From the NCBI GenBank assembly GCA_964651115.1, contig CAZYXJ010000001.1, positions 42,273 through 106,272 on the forward strand: a DNA stretch of 64,000 bases. Reading direction: 5' to 3'. The position numbers and the translations under genes were made by a program. The notes under the pieces are model-generated. The model had not been told where the DNA came from. It saw nothing but the letters and a program-made list of their open reading frames with translations, and did not search any database. Source of the DNA: an uncultured Candidatus Saccharibacteria bacterium. GTDB taxonomy: Bacteria > Patescibacteriota > Minisyncoccia > Phycocordibacterales > JACOZG01. Below are positions 48,002 through 58,081 of this stretch, piece by piece. How positions within the stretch are numbered: position 1 is the stretch's first letter; each line of letters starts with the position of its first letter.

Positions 48002-48697
48002 CTAGCGACCACCAGAGCGATGCCGCGGTCGATGCTCCTCAGCAATCATCCCGTCAGATAAGACAACAATCCGATCAGTTAAATCAGCGTACTCCGGCTC
48101 GTGCGTCACCATCACGATCGTCTGGCCTTGGCGATGAAGGTCAAGAAAGCTATCGAGCACTACCCTAGCGGTCTCACTGTCGAGGTTGGCGGTTGGCTCA
48201 TCGGCAAAAATAATTTTTGGATTATGACCGATCGCTCGCGCAATACTCACCCGCTGCTGCTGACCACCAGAAAGTTGGCTCGGTAAGTTGTCGTGCTTAT
48301 CAGACAAACCGATCCGATCCAGGGCCTTAGCCGATTCGGCCCGCGCCGATAGCAAACTCTTGCCCTGCATCAGAAGAGGCAACATGACATTTTCCATCGC
48401 CGTTAACTCGGGCATCAAAGCGTAGTCTTGAAAGACATAGCCAAGCTCAGTCAAACGAAAACGGGTACGCTCCCCCTGCGACAAAGCCAGGACGTCAACG
48501 CCGTCAATAATTATTTCGCCGGCGGTAGGGTGGTCGAGTAAGCCCAATTGATACATCAGGGTTGATTTACCAGAACCAGAACGACCAGTGATGGCAACGA
48601 ACTCTCCGGCCTTAACCGTTAGATCCAAACCCTTCAAAACCGTCAACTCGTGATCGCCGTCGTAGAAGCTTTTTACTAATTTTTTTACCGTAATCAT
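48002..48697 (-). CDS. ABC ATPase, LolD/MacB/FtsE family
   Basis: GRSGSGKST, LSGGQQQR, ADEPTANLD, VTH. Confidence 0.93.
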   Translation of the reverse strand: MITVKKLVKSFYDGDHELTVLKGLDLTVKAGEFVAITGRSGSGKSTLMYQLGLLDHPTAGEIIIDGVDVLALSQGERTRFRLTELGYVFQDYALMPELTAMENVMLPLLMQGKSLLSARAESAKALDRIGLSDKHDNLPSQLSGGQQQRVSIARAIGHNPKIIFADEPTANLDSETARVVLDSFLDLHRQGQTIVMVTHEPEYADLTDRIVVLSDGMIAEEHRPRHRSGGR

Positions 48698-48703
48698 GAT
48701 TAA

Positions 48704-49975
48704 TTATTTGCGCCCCAAAATCGCATCCAAAGTATTTTGGCGGACAATCAACTTAGCGGGGATGTAACCAGCCCCAATCGTCGCGATCATCAAAATAATT
48801 GCTCTAATTAATGTGCCAGAAACGGGAGCGACCAAAATGCCATCACTAAAGGGGAAGTTGATCGGATGAGCCGCGAAAAAGGGCACTAGCAACCCATAGA
48901 TAATTAAAACACCAACCACAATCCCCGCGGCGGCATAAAAGATGGCTTGCATCATGTAAGAGATCTGGATGGCCGCGCCCTCGATCCCAATCCCCTTCAG
49001 AATGCCGATGTACTTGCGGCGAGTAATAGCGTTAACGAAGATCACGATAAAAATCGTAATCGACGCCACCGCCAAACCAATACTGCCGATCACGTTGCCC
49101 AGTAGAGCGAAAGTGTTTTTGATATCCTTCAAAAATTTAGGTTCGGCCTCCTCAGAACTCTGGACGCGAGCGTAAGCCCCCACGCCAGCCGCTAAAATTT
49201 GGTCCTTAACTCTCAAGGAATCGGTGCCCGGAATTAATTTAATCGCGATTTCGTCAACCCCATAATCATACCGACCAGCAATGCTCCGCAGGAGAGTGTC
49301 GTTCATAAAAATACGATTATCGACCTCCCCCACCTTGCTCCGCAAGATACCTTTAATTGTATAAAGTCGTGTCGAATCGCCGATTGTCATCCGAACCTTA
49401 GAACCAATAGCCACATCCTTAAGCGTCTCGAGGCCAGGTGACTCAATCGGTAAATACTTAGCTAACTTGTCGGCGCCAATCAAAATAAAATCACCATCGC
49501 CGGGATTTAAAAATTCGCCCTCGATAACGCGCGAAGAGAGATTAGTCGTCCGATCTTCGGCCAAAGGATCAATCCCCGCCACCAGGCTCCCCACGCGATT
49601 AGGCAGCTCATTGCCGCGCCGCACTTTTTGATAATTGGCCTCCACGCTCCCCGACTCTAGATAACGCGCCGATAGAGACTGGACACTAGGCAAACGTTTG
49701 ACGGTTTCGATAATCCGCGGGGACTGCTCGATGTAGGTCCGGTTAGGCAAAGTCGAAATAATAATATCGCCGGTATAAAGACCCTTGTTGACCTGAACCG
49801 AACCCTCAATCAAGCCCACCAAAATACCCGTCACCACCACCAAATTGAGAAAGGTTAGGGCCATGACGAAAATGATCAAGACCGTAGTCCCCAAACTGGA
49901 ACGCTTAAGTTGCCGCCAGGCCAAAAAATGACCCACCGAGATGGCGATCCACCACCGCTTAAAACGCGCGCTCAT
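48704..49975 (-). CDS. FtsX/MacB-like ABC permease
   Basis: 1 TM, large extracellular domain, then 3 TM; IGILKGIG. Confidence 0.9.
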   Translation of the reverse strand: MSARFKRWWIAISVGHFLAWRQLKRSSLGTTVLIIFVMALTFLNLVVVTGILVGLIEGSVQVNKGLYTGDIIISTLPNRTYIEQSPRIIETVKRLPSVQSLSARYLESGSVEANYQKVRRGNELPNRVGSLVAGIDPLAEDRTTNLSSRVIEGEFLNPGDGDFILIGADKLAKYLPIESPGLETLKDVAIGSKVRMTIGDSTRLYTIKGILRSKVGEVDNRIFMNDTLLRSIAGRYDYGVDEIAIKLIPGTDSLRVKDQILAAGVGAYARVQSSEEAEPKFLKDIKNTFALLGNVIGSIGLAVASITIFIVIFVNAITRRKYIGILKGIGIEGAAIQISYMMQAIFYAAAGIVVGVLIIYGLLVPFFAAHPINFPFSDGILVAPVSGTLIRAIILMIATIGAGYIPAKLIVRQNTLDAILGRK

Positions 49976-49995
49976 TAAGCATAGTTTAGCAAATT

Positions 49996-50331
49996 CTAAG
50001 GCAATTGACAGTTAGCGGCTCGAGTATAGCCCGCCGCCTCCGCGGCCGCGGGGCTGGCAAAATAAATCCGATTGGCCGCCACAATCTGTTTCGCCCCCGG
50101 ACAAGTCAGTTCGTGATATTTGGTACCATTTTTTGACGCCACAATTTGCCCAGTGGTCGGCGCGGCCGGCAAACTGGACGTCGCCGTAGAAATCTTAAGG
50201 GGTGGCCGATTAATTTCTAGATTTGACAATATTCCCAAACCATAGCCCAATAAAAAAGCGAGGGCCACCGCGGCTAGAGCCCACCACTCCCCTAACCCCT
50301 TGATCTTTTCCGATAACTGCGCTATATTCAT
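49996..50331 (-). CDS. Membrane-anchored protein with Ada-type metal-binding domain
   Basis: TM, then ASKNGTKYH...C...I...NRIYF.S...A.AAGY; start ATG 50331. Confidence 0.75.
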   Translation of the reverse strand: MNIAQLSEKIKGLGEWWALAAVALAFLLGYGLGILSNLEINRPPLKISTATSSLPAAPTTGQIVASKNGTKYHELTCPGAKQIVAANRIYFASPAAAEAAGYTRAANCQLP

Positions 50332-50356
50332 GCTGCTTAGATTGTAACAAAAGACT

Positions 50357-50632
50357 ATGGCAACAAAGAAATCAGGTGGCACAGCTAAGAACTTACGCGA
50401 CTCAAATCCTAAGTATTTGGGTGTTAAATTGTTCGCTGGCGAGTACGCGACTCCAGGCTCAATCATCGTGCGTCAGCGAGGGACTCACTACACCTCGGGT
50501 ACTGGCACGCGAATGGGAAAAGATCACACCATCTTCTCCGACACTTCAGGGGTAGTGGCCTTTCGTGACAGACGCAAAACTGGTTACGACGGACGACGCA
50601 GCACTATCAAAGAAGTAAGCGTCAACGATTAG
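50357..50632 (+). CDS. rpmA: 50S ribosomal protein L27
   Basis: [33 protein letters not shown]. Confidence 0.98.
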   Translation: MATKKSGGTAKNLRDSNPKYLGVKLFAGEYATPGSIIVRQRGTHYTSGTGTRMGKDHTIFSDTSGVVAFRDRRKTGYDGRRSTIKEVSVND

Positions 50633-51077
50633 TCGCCGCTCGTCTCACGTCCACCACTAAACTGCCGGTCTCACCGGCGGTTTTTAGTTTGACAATCGAA
50701 GTACCGACTGACTTCAGGGGAGATGGCAACACAAACCATTCGGCCGAAACTGGCAAATGACTAGCCGCCTTAAGGGCCGTGGCCAGATCGCGAGCGTGTA
50801 AGCCGGCAAACAAATGGCCTTCGGTACTGGCTGGCGCCACCATCACTAATGGATGCTTGGCCGCGTAGGCCACGATAGCGCGAAAATCTTTTTGCTCACG
50901 GGTGACGCCAGAAGTGGCCACTCGCCGCTCGGCTTCAACTTTACGTAAATTCTCGGGCGTGGCGAGCAAGGCCCGACCGCGACCAATCAAAACTGTCCGA
51001 CCATAACCGTCAGCCACCTCCTTAATCTCGTAACGACGGCCGATCCGCGCTACGTCAGTGAGTAAAATTACCTTCAT
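50622..51077 (-). CDS. rplI: 50S ribosomal protein L9
   Basis: [11 protein letters not shown]....V.DGYGR, G.LFAG, PLKSVG. Confidence 0.93.
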   Translation of the reverse strand: MKVILLTDVARIGRRYEIKEVADGYGRTVLIGRGRALLATPENLRKVEAERRVATSGVTREQKDFRAIVAYAAKHPLVMVAPASTEGHLFAGLHARDLATALKAASHLPVSAEWFVLPSPLKSVGTSIVKLKTAGETGSLVVDVRRAATNR

Positions 51078-51084
51078 ATTAACT

Positions 51085-52290
51085 TTAACGTTTACGTCCT
51101 AGTAAAAAATCAATCGCCGCTTCCAGTGGCCGATCCGGCGCTGAGTCAGCCGTCGAAGTGGCCGCCTCCACCACGACATCTGGATCCAAACCATCGTGAG
51201 AAATAGAAATTCCCTTGGGGGTCAACCAACGAGCCACCGTCACTTTAAGCGCCGTGTCGGAAGAGATTGGCACCAACTCCTGGACGGATCCCTTGCCGAA
51301 GGTTTTAGTGCCAATTAGCGTCGCTACGCCATGCTCACGCAAAGCCCCAGCCAAAATCTCGGAAGCCGAGGCGCTCCCCTCGTCAACCAAAACAACCATT
51401 TTTAGCTTCTCATTAAAGAGGCCGCGATCATCGCTTTTGTAAACCTTACTCTCACCATCGCGCCGCTCCTCCCGAACCACCACCTGATCAGCGGGCAAGA
51501 ACCAGCTGGCAATATCAACCGCCGCATCCAAGTAACCACCAGGGTTACCCCGCAAATCCAAAATTAGTTTGTCGGTTTTGGAGCGAACGAACTCGCTAAG
51601 CGCCGTCCGAAATTGGCGCTCACTTGTGCCGCCAAAATTAAACAGTTTGATTAAGAAAATTTTCTCTGGCAACAGCTTCGTCTCCATGGTGGGCACTTCG
51701 ATCCGCGCCCGAGTAAGAGTCACGTCGAAAGTGGTTTGATCAGCCGACGAAGCACCGCGCAAAATACTCAACTTAACCTTGGTACCAATATCACCCCGGA
51801 TTTTACTAATGGCCTCGGCAACGCTCATCTCGGCCGCCGCCTGTCCATCAATGGACAAGATTTTATCGCCGGCCTTTAGGCCGGCGGCGGCGGCCGGCGT
51901 CCCGGGCAAGGGAGCAATAATCGTGAGCATCCGATCACGGGCGCCGACCTCCATCCCCACACCACCAAATCGCCCACTAACCTCCTCCTTAAAACTTTTG
52001 TTTTCTTCCGGTGGCAAAAAGACAGTATAAGGATCATCAAACGAATCAACTAACCCACCGATCGCCCCCCACAACTTTTGCTCATTCGTTACCGCCGCAC
52101 TGCTAGTGGCCGAAGAAACAAAACGCTCATCGAGCAAATTCCAGACTCGCCAGAAGTCATCAAGGTTAACCTCAGCTGGCTCGGTCGCCGCCCGGTTCTG
52201 AAATCCCCAAGCCACCCCGCCCACAAACGCTCCGCCGACCAAAATTAAAGCCAGGACCAAAAAACTCAAACTTTTTAGAGTCTTATTCAT
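51085..52290 (-). CDS. ctpA: C-terminal processing protease (S41) with PDZ domain
   Basis: DPYT, PDZ GGVGME, DLRGNPGG, SASASEI, TFGKGSVQ. Confidence 0.93.
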   Translation of the reverse strand: MNKTLKSLSFLVLALILVGGAFVGGVAWGFQNRAATEPAEVNLDDFWRVWNLLDERFVSSATSSAAVTNEQKLWGAIGGLVDSFDDPYTVFLPPEENKSFKEEVSGRFGGVGMEVGARDRMLTIIAPLPGTPAAAAGLKAGDKILSIDGQAAAEMSVAEAISKIRGDIGTKVKLSILRGASSADQTTFDVTLTRARIEVPTMETKLLPEKIFLIKLFNFGGTSERQFRTALSEFVRSKTDKLILDLRGNPGGYLDAAVDIASWFLPADQVVVREERRDGESKVYKSDDRGLFNEKLKMVVLVDEGSASASEILAGALREHGVATLIGTKTFGKGSVQELVPISSDTALKVTVARWLTPKGISISHDGLDPDVVVEAATSTADSAPDRPLEAAIDFLLGRKR

Positions 52291-52356
52291 GTTGCTCAAT
52301 TATCCCAAATTGACCCTTGGTGGTCAAACTAAAATCACGCTATACTATGGGGGAAT

Positions 52357-53256
52357 ATGTTGCGCACGTTTACCTACAAAGAAATCCACTGGTTGGATCT
52401 AGAAAGTCCCACGGAAACCGAATTAGCTGAAGTGGGCAACAAATACAATCTCCACCCCCTCACCCTCGAAGAATTACGCCGCCCTTCCAACCGCAGCAAG
52501 GTCGACGCCTATCAAGACTACCTGTATCTCATTCTCCATTTTCCTGATCGACCAAATCAAGAAGCTCAAGAAGTGGACTTTGTTGTTGGATCCGACTTTA
52601 TCATTACCGCTCATTACGAACCAATTAATTCTCTACTTGATTTTGCTAAAATTTTTGAAACCGATCTGGCCTTAAAAAAGAATAATCACAAAGTCCACGG
52701 CGGTCTCGTCCTCTATTTGATCCTGCGCGAAATGTACGCCACGCTCGATCTTAGTCTCTCAGCAATTAACAATCGCCTAAAAACCATTGAGCCCAAAGTC
52801 TTCTCTGGTAAAGAACGCGAGGTCGTCACCGACCTCGCCGGCGTTAGTCGGGACTTGCTCGACTGCCAATGGAATATCAAGACTCATCGCGAAGTCCTCC
52901 AATCTCTCAACTACTCTGGGCGAGAGCTGTTTGGAGACAAATTTAATTACTATAGCCAGGCCTTAAGCAGTGAATACGATAAGGTCTGGAACTCAATCGA
53001 AAACATCCGTGGCACCTTTAACGAACTGCGCCAAACCAACGAGTCCCTGCTGGCCATTAAGTCTAACGAAACGATGAAATTACTCACCGTTTTGGCCTTC
53101 GTCTTCTTCCCCCTCTCCGTCATCCCTCAAATTTTCGGCATGAATACGGAACTGCCACTCATCGGTCAACCCTACGACTTTTACAGCGTACTTGCGCTTA
53201 TGTTTGGTTCGAGTATTGTGATGTACGTCTTGGCCCGATTTAAAAAATGGTTCTAA
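52357..53256 (+). CDS. corA: CorA family Mg/Co transporter
   Basis: WLDL..P, LHPL, N..MK.LT, GMN signature, 2 TM. Confidence 0.92.
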   Translation: MLRTFTYKEIHWLDLESPTETELAEVGNKYNLHPLTLEELRRPSNRSKVDAYQDYLYLILHFPDRPNQEAQEVDFVVGSDFIITAHYEPINSLLDFAKIFETDLALKKNNHKVHGGLVLYLILREMYATLDLSLSAINNRLKTIEPKVFSGKEREVVTDLAGVSRDLLDCQWNIKTHREVLQSLNYSGRELFGDKFNYYSQALSSEYDKVWNSIENIRGTFNELRQTNESLLAIKSNETMKLLTVLAFVFFPLSVIPQIFGMNTELPLIGQPYDFYSVLALMFGSSIVMYVLARFKKWF

Positions 53257-54593
53257 ATCTTTACAACACCCTTAGTCGCCAATTTGACCCCGCCCCTCCC
53301 CACTCGCCGGTGGGGCTCTACGTTTGTGGCCCAACCGTCTACGATTATGCTCACTTAGGCAACTGGCGCACGCTTGTCGTAGCCGATCTTTTGCGCCGCT
53401 CTTTGGAATATAACGACCTAAAGGTTAAGCACGTCATGAACATCACTGACGTTGACGATAAAACTATTGCCGCTAGTCAGAACCAGGGCGAAGACTTGGC
53501 CACCCTCACTAAACGTTACGAACAATTATTTTTGACTGACTTTGCCGAACTTAATCTCCTACCCCCCACCACCCTAACGCGCGCCACCGAACATCTGGGC
53601 GAAATGATCGCGCTAATCGAAACTCTGATTGAAAAAGGTCATGCCTATCGCGGAGAAGATGGGATCTATTTTTCCATCGCTTCTTTTGCTCCTTATGGCC
53701 GGCTCTCCGGTCGTCCACTTGATCAAGATCTCGAACAAGGCGAGACTCCAGCGCGAGGCAAACGCGACCGACGTGACTTTGCGCTCTGGAAATTCCCCAC
53801 TCCAGAAGATGGTCCCAATCACTGGCCTGCCCCTTTTGGCGACGGGCGACCGGGCTGGCACATCGAATGCTCGGCCATGAGTCTTAAAGAGTTGGGATCC
53901 GGCTTTGATTACCACCTCGGCGGCACTGACCTAATCTTCCCTCACCACGAAAACGAAATTGCTCAATCTGAGGCCGCCACCGGTAAACCCTTCGCTAAAC
54001 ACTGGATCCACGCCGCCTTCCTGATGGTCAATGGCCAAAAAATGAGCAAATCTTTGGGTAACTTCTTTACTCTCGCCGACATTAGAGCCAAGCAAGTTTC
54101 GCCTCTGGCTTACCGCTATTGGCTCCTCACCTCTCATTATCGCTCGTTGGCCAACTTTACCTGGGAGGCCCTGGCTGGCGCCGAGAGCGCGCTTAAAAAA
54201 CTAAACCACTTTGCCGCCAGCGCCGACCCGTCAAACCAAGCCGTCAATGCCGAGTACGACGAAAAATTTAAAACCTGTCTGGCTAATGATCTAAACCTGC
54301 CGGAAGCTGTCGCGCTCGCCTGGCAATTAGTCAAAGACGACTCCCTGACTCCCGCCGAACGGGTGGCCACGCTGTTAAAATTCGATCAAGTGTTGGGACT
54401 TAAATTGGGCACGAAGACGCCAAGCATCATCCCGGCCGAAATCACTCAGCTGGTCGCCGAACGCCAAGTCGCTCGCCAAGCCGGCAACTGGGCCGAAGCC
54501 GATCGCCTCCGCCAGCAAATTGCCGAACAGGGCTTTGACTTAAACGACACCTCCACCGGCACCGAAGTTATCCCCCGGATGTCCACTATCTGA
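53247..54593 (+). CDS. cysS: Cysteine--tRNA ligase
   Basis: CGPTVY, HLGN, GRPGWHIECSAM, FPHHENE, KMSKS. Confidence 0.98.
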   Translation: MVLNLYNTLSRQFDPAPPHSPVGLYVCGPTVYDYAHLGNWRTLVVADLLRRSLEYNDLKVKHVMNITDVDDKTIAASQNQGEDLATLTKRYEQLFLTDFAELNLLPPTTLTRATEHLGEMIALIETLIEKGHAYRGEDGIYFSIASFAPYGRLSGRPLDQDLEQGETPARGKRDRRDFALWKFPTPEDGPNHWPAPFGDGRPGWHIECSAMSLKELGSGFDYHLGGTDLIFPHHENEIAQSEAATGKPFAKHWIHAAFLMVNGQKMSKSLGNFFTLADIRAKQVSPLAYRYWLLTSHYRSLANFTWEALAGAESALKKLNHFAASADPSNQAVNAEYDEKFKTCLANDLNLPEAVALAWQLVKDDSLTPAERVATLLKFDQVLGLKLGTKTPSIIPAEITQLVAERQVARQAGNWAEADRLRQQIAEQGFDLNDTSTGTEVIPRMSTI

Positions 54594-54643
54594 ACACTTG
54601 GGCTTGATTTTTTGCCTCCGGTGAGCGTGGTACAATCTGCCTA

Positions 54644-56011
54644 ATGAGCGAACTAAGAACCGCTGGCGAATTTGTAAAAAGTCCGCTAAGAATCCCGCCA
54701 CAGGATATTGGCGCCGAGCAGGCACTGCTCGGCGCGATCATGCTCCGTCCCGACGCCATCTACGAAGTAATGGACGTCATTGATGGCACTGACTTTTACG
54801 CCGAAAAGCATCGCAAAATCTACAAAGCGATGATGGCCCTCCACGAAAAGGGCGAACCGATCGACATGGTGGCGCTCACTGGGTACTTAAAAGAACGCAA
54901 GCAAATTGAGCAAATCGGCGGGGCCGCCTACATCGCCGAAATGGTTAACGCCGTCCCCTCCACCAGCAACGTTAAGTATTACGCCGAAATCGTTAAGAAA
55001 AAATCCATTCTCCGGCAATTAATCTCTTCGGCCGATAGCATTGCCGAACTAAGCTACAACGAATCCGAAGATCTCGACACCGTTTTTGATAAGGCTCAAC
55101 GCACCATTTTGGAAATTGGTCACTATTCCAAAAAAACTTTTACGCGAATCAAAGACACCTTAGTTGACGCCTGGGAACGGCTCGACAAACTCCACAAATC
55201 TGATGGGGAAATGCGCGGCGTGCCAACGGGCTTCCGAGATATCGATAACAAACTAGCCGGTCTCCAAAGATCCGATTTAGTGATTTTGGCAGCCCGCCCC
55301 TCGGTGGGTAAAACTTCGCTAGCGCTCGACATTGCTCGCAACGTCGCTTGTGGTCAGAATAAAGTAGTTGGCATCTTTTCGCTCGAAATGAGCACACAGC
55401 AACTGGTCGACCGTCTCTTAGCCGCCGAAAGTAAGGTGGACTCCTGGCAATTGCGCACGGGAAAAGTAAAAACCGATGACGACTTTGGCCGCATCCGCGA
55501 CGCCCTTGATCGCCTAGCCACAGCCCCGATCTTTATCGACGACGAACCCGGCAACACCATCACCAAAATGAAGTCGGTCTGCCGCAAACTTAAAGCGGAA
55601 CATGGTTTAGATTTAATCATCGTTGATTACCTCCAGTTAATGGTGCCCAAGAAAGACAGCGACTCTCTCGTCCAGCAAGTCACCGAGATCTCGCGCTCGC
55701 TCAAAGCTCTCGCTCGCGAAATGGAGGCCCCCGTCTTGGCCCTCTCGCAACTCTCGCGCGCCGTCGAACAACGAGGCGGCAAACCACGACTCTCCGACCT
55801 GCGCGATTCTGGTTCGATCGAACAAGATGCCGACGTGGTGATGTTTATTCACCGCGAAGACAAAATGAACGAAAATTCGGACAAGAAAAACATTGCCGAA
55901 ATCATCATCGCCAAACATCGCAATGGACCAACGGGCGAAGTCCAACTCTACTTTGATGAAGCTCGCACCAGCTTTAACACCCTCGAGAAAAGCGACTTTG
56001 GCGGCTTTTAA
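54644..56011 (+). CDS. dnaB: Replicative DNA helicase
   Basis: AARPSVGKT, FSLEM, VDYLQL, SQLSR, DLRDSGSIEQDAD; no intein. Confidence 0.98.
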   Translation: MSELRTAGEFVKSPLRIPPQDIGAEQALLGAIMLRPDAIYEVMDVIDGTDFYAEKHRKIYKAMMALHEKGEPIDMVALTGYLKERKQIEQIGGAAYIAEMVNAVPSTSNVKYYAEIVKKKSILRQLISSADSIAELSYNESEDLDTVFDKAQRTILEIGHYSKKTFTRIKDTLVDAWERLDKLHKSDGEMRGVPTGFRDIDNKLAGLQRSDLVILAARPSVGKTSLALDIARNVACGQNKVVGIFSLEMSTQQLVDRLLAAESKVDSWQLRTGKVKTDDDFGRIRDALDRLATAPIFIDDEPGNTITKMKSVCRKLKAEHGLDLIIVDYLQLMVPKKDSDSLVQQVTEISRSLKALAREMEAPVLALSQLSRAVEQRGGKPRLSDLRDSGSIEQDADVVMFIHREDKMNENSDKKNIAEIIIAKHRNGPTGEVQLYFDEARTSFNTLEKSDFGGF

Positions 56012-56020
56012 ACCTACTCC

Positions 56021-56650
56021 ATGAGCGACAAGGTGATCCAACAGCTAGCGGAAGAGTTCCGCAAATTCCCCGGCATTGGTCCGCGTCAAGCCGAGCGCTT
56101 CGTCTATTACCTCCTGCGCGCTCCCGGCGGCACCATCCATACCCTCATCGAACGAATCAAAGAACTACGAGCGCAAGTTAATCAATGTCCAACTTGCTAC
56201 CGCTTTTTTTCTGGCCGCGAACATCAGTCGACCAACTCGCTCTGCCCCATCTGCGCCAACCCCAAACGCGATCCTCGACTCTTGTTACTAATTGAAAAAG
56301 ATACCGACCTAGAAACAATCGAGCGTTCGCGCACTTACGAAGGCCGCTACTTTGTTTTGGGCTCTTTGGTTCCCGTCTTAGAAAAAAATCCCGAACTCCG
56401 ACTGCGGGGCCCAGAGCTTTTGGCCCAAATTTCTGAACGGGCCACTCGAGGATTAAAAGAAATTATTCTCGCTCTTTCGGCCAATACAGAAGGCGATCAC
56501 ACGGCCGACTTTTTACGTCAATATTTGGAACCAGCCCTCAAACTCCATGGGCTCAAAATTTCGACGCTCGGCCGCGGACTTTCGACTGGCTCAGAACTAG
56601 AATACAGCGATCCCGAGACCATCAAAAACGCCCTCAAACATCGCGAGTAG
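56021..56650 (+). CDS. recR: Recombination protein RecR
   Basis: PGIGP..A.R HhH, C4 zinc finger, TOPRIM EIILA...EG..TA. Confidence 0.96.
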   Translation: MSDKVIQQLAEEFRKFPGIGPRQAERFVYYLLRAPGGTIHTLIERIKELRAQVNQCPTCYRFFSGREHQSTNSLCPICANPKRDPRLLLLIEKDTDLETIERSRTYEGRYFVLGSLVPVLEKNPELRLRGPELLAQISERATRGLKEIILALSANTEGDHTADFLRQYLEPALKLHGLKISTLGRGLSTGSELEYSDPETIKNALKHRE

Positions 56651-56679
56651 AGGGCGCTTGAACCTAAAAATAAAGGGGC

Positions 56680-56994
56680 TTACTTGATCTCGTTAATCTT
56701 GACCGAAGTAAAGGGCTGACGATGACCGTACTTAACGCGGTAACGGCTCTTGGCGCGGTACTTGATACCCACCACCTTGTCTCCCCGACCCGCCTCCTCC
56801 ACCACCGTGGCGGTAACCTTGGCGCCCGAAGCCGCCTCACCCACGCGGGTGGTCGCGCCATCGTCAACCAACAACACCTCGTCAAAAGTGATTTGGCCCC
56901 CCTTTTCCGCCTCAACCAACTTCTCGATCTTGATCGTATCGCCAGCCGAAACCTTATATTGCTTGCCCCCGGTCTTAATTACTGCAAATGACAT
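56680..56994 (-). CDS. rplU: 50S ribosomal protein L21
   Basis: FAVIKTGGKQYKV, GHRQPFT; start ATG 56994. Confidence 0.98.
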   Translation of the reverse strand: MSFAVIKTGGKQYKVSAGDTIKIEKLVEAEKGGQITFDEVLLVDDGATTRVGEAASGAKVTATVVEEAGRGDKVVGIKYRAKSRYRVKYGHRQPFTSVKINEIK

Positions 56995-57037
56995 AGTGGC
57001 TCTTATTGTACACATCCAAAACGAAAAGGCAAGACAG

Positions 57038-57080
57038 AAAAAAGCCCGTCGAGGAGCCGGGGTGGACTCCATCGACGGGC
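57038..57080 (-). terminator. Intrinsic terminator of the SDR gene
   Basis: GCCCGTCGA...TCGACGGGC stem with A6 on the + strand (T6 on the - strand). Confidence 0.75.
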
Positions 57081-57110
57081 CGGGCGCTGGGTCTCCCCAG
57101 CCTAAGATCG

Positions 57111-57848
57111 CTAGGGCAAAACAGCCCTACAGGCAAAATGAGCAATCAGCGGCGCTTCCGGATCATTAAGGTAAGTGGCAATCCACTCGCCGATTGCCTC
57201 GGGCTGGACCGCGTCCACTGCCGGATCGGCCGACGTCTTCTCCCGGATGAGGGCCTCGGTATCCCGAGTGTTGATGATCCCCGGACGCAGGTCCGTGGTG
57301 CGGATAGCCAAACTCTCGCCCTCGAAACGGAGAGCCAGCTGAAACATCAGATTGCTCCCCACTTGCTTGGCCAAGCGATAGGCAAAATTACCCGCCAGTT
57401 CCTCCTTTTCAACCACGTGAGAAGAAACGTGGAAGATGTGCCCATGATTCTGCTCCTTGAAGTGATCGGTAAAGGCCAGCGCCGGCACCATCGTCGGACG
57501 GACCATCGCTTGCCGCATCCGCTCTTCCGCGGCCAAAAGCTCGTCAGCAGGATTAATCAAGACCTCCGAACGGCTCCAGCTGCCCGCCGAGAGAATAACG
57601 CCATCAATTAAGCGGAAGCGCGCCATCGCCTCGGGGATAACCCGATCGCGAATGGCCACCAAGTCGGACGCATCCGCCGCCACTGCGAGCACTCTCTCGG
57701 ACCCAATCTCTCGCAACAGCTCATTGAGCTTGTCCTGACCACGCGAAACCAGCACCAAATTGGCTCCCTGGCCGCTCAAATAGCGCGAAAGCGGCCAGCC
57801 GAGGCCACCCGTCGCCCCAATCACTACAATGGTTTTTCCCTTAAGCAT
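57111..57848 (-). CDS. Short-chain dehydrogenase/reductase (divergent)
   Basis: GATGGLG Rossmann motif, SS, YRLAK (YxxxK), PG.INT; SD GGAGG before ATG 57848. Confidence 0.88.
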   Translation of the reverse strand: MLKGKTIVVIGATGGLGWPLSRYLSGQGANLVLVSRGQDKLNELLREIGSERVLAVAADASDLVAIRDRVIPEAMARFRLIDGVILSAGSWSRSEVLINPADELLAAEERMRQAMVRPTMVPALAFTDHFKEQNHGHIFHVSSHVVEKEELAGNFAYRLAKQVGSNLMFQLALRFEGESLAIRTTDLRPGIINTRDTEALIREKTSADPAVDAVQPEAIGEWIATYLNDPEAPLIAHFACRAVLP

Positions 57849-57937
57849 TTTAAGTTCCTCCAATTAAGAATCTGTCCCCTACTCTAGCATAAAATCAAAT
57901 AGTTGCGCACCTACTTTTTGTATGCTATTGTAGCCCA

Positions 57938-58076
57938 CAGGAGACCTTGGTCTCCAAAGAGAGAATCAGACTTCCACTCGCTGCGGCGTCCCGCTGACCG
58001 CGCCAAATTCTTAAGGACGCCGCACGCCTCACACAACCCGCCAGATTATCCTCAGGGAAACTGGCGGTTTCTTTTT
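57938..58076 (+). ncRNA. Candidate small RNA between two minus-strand genes
   Basis: Promoter TTGCGC-17-TATTGT (57903-57931), three stems and a + strand U-tail terminator. Confidence 0.45.
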
Positions 58077-58081
58077 GCCCG

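Noticed and set aside
57006-57611. 201-aa plus-strand ORF
   Set aside because: Antisense shadow of the SDR gene that also crosses its terminator.
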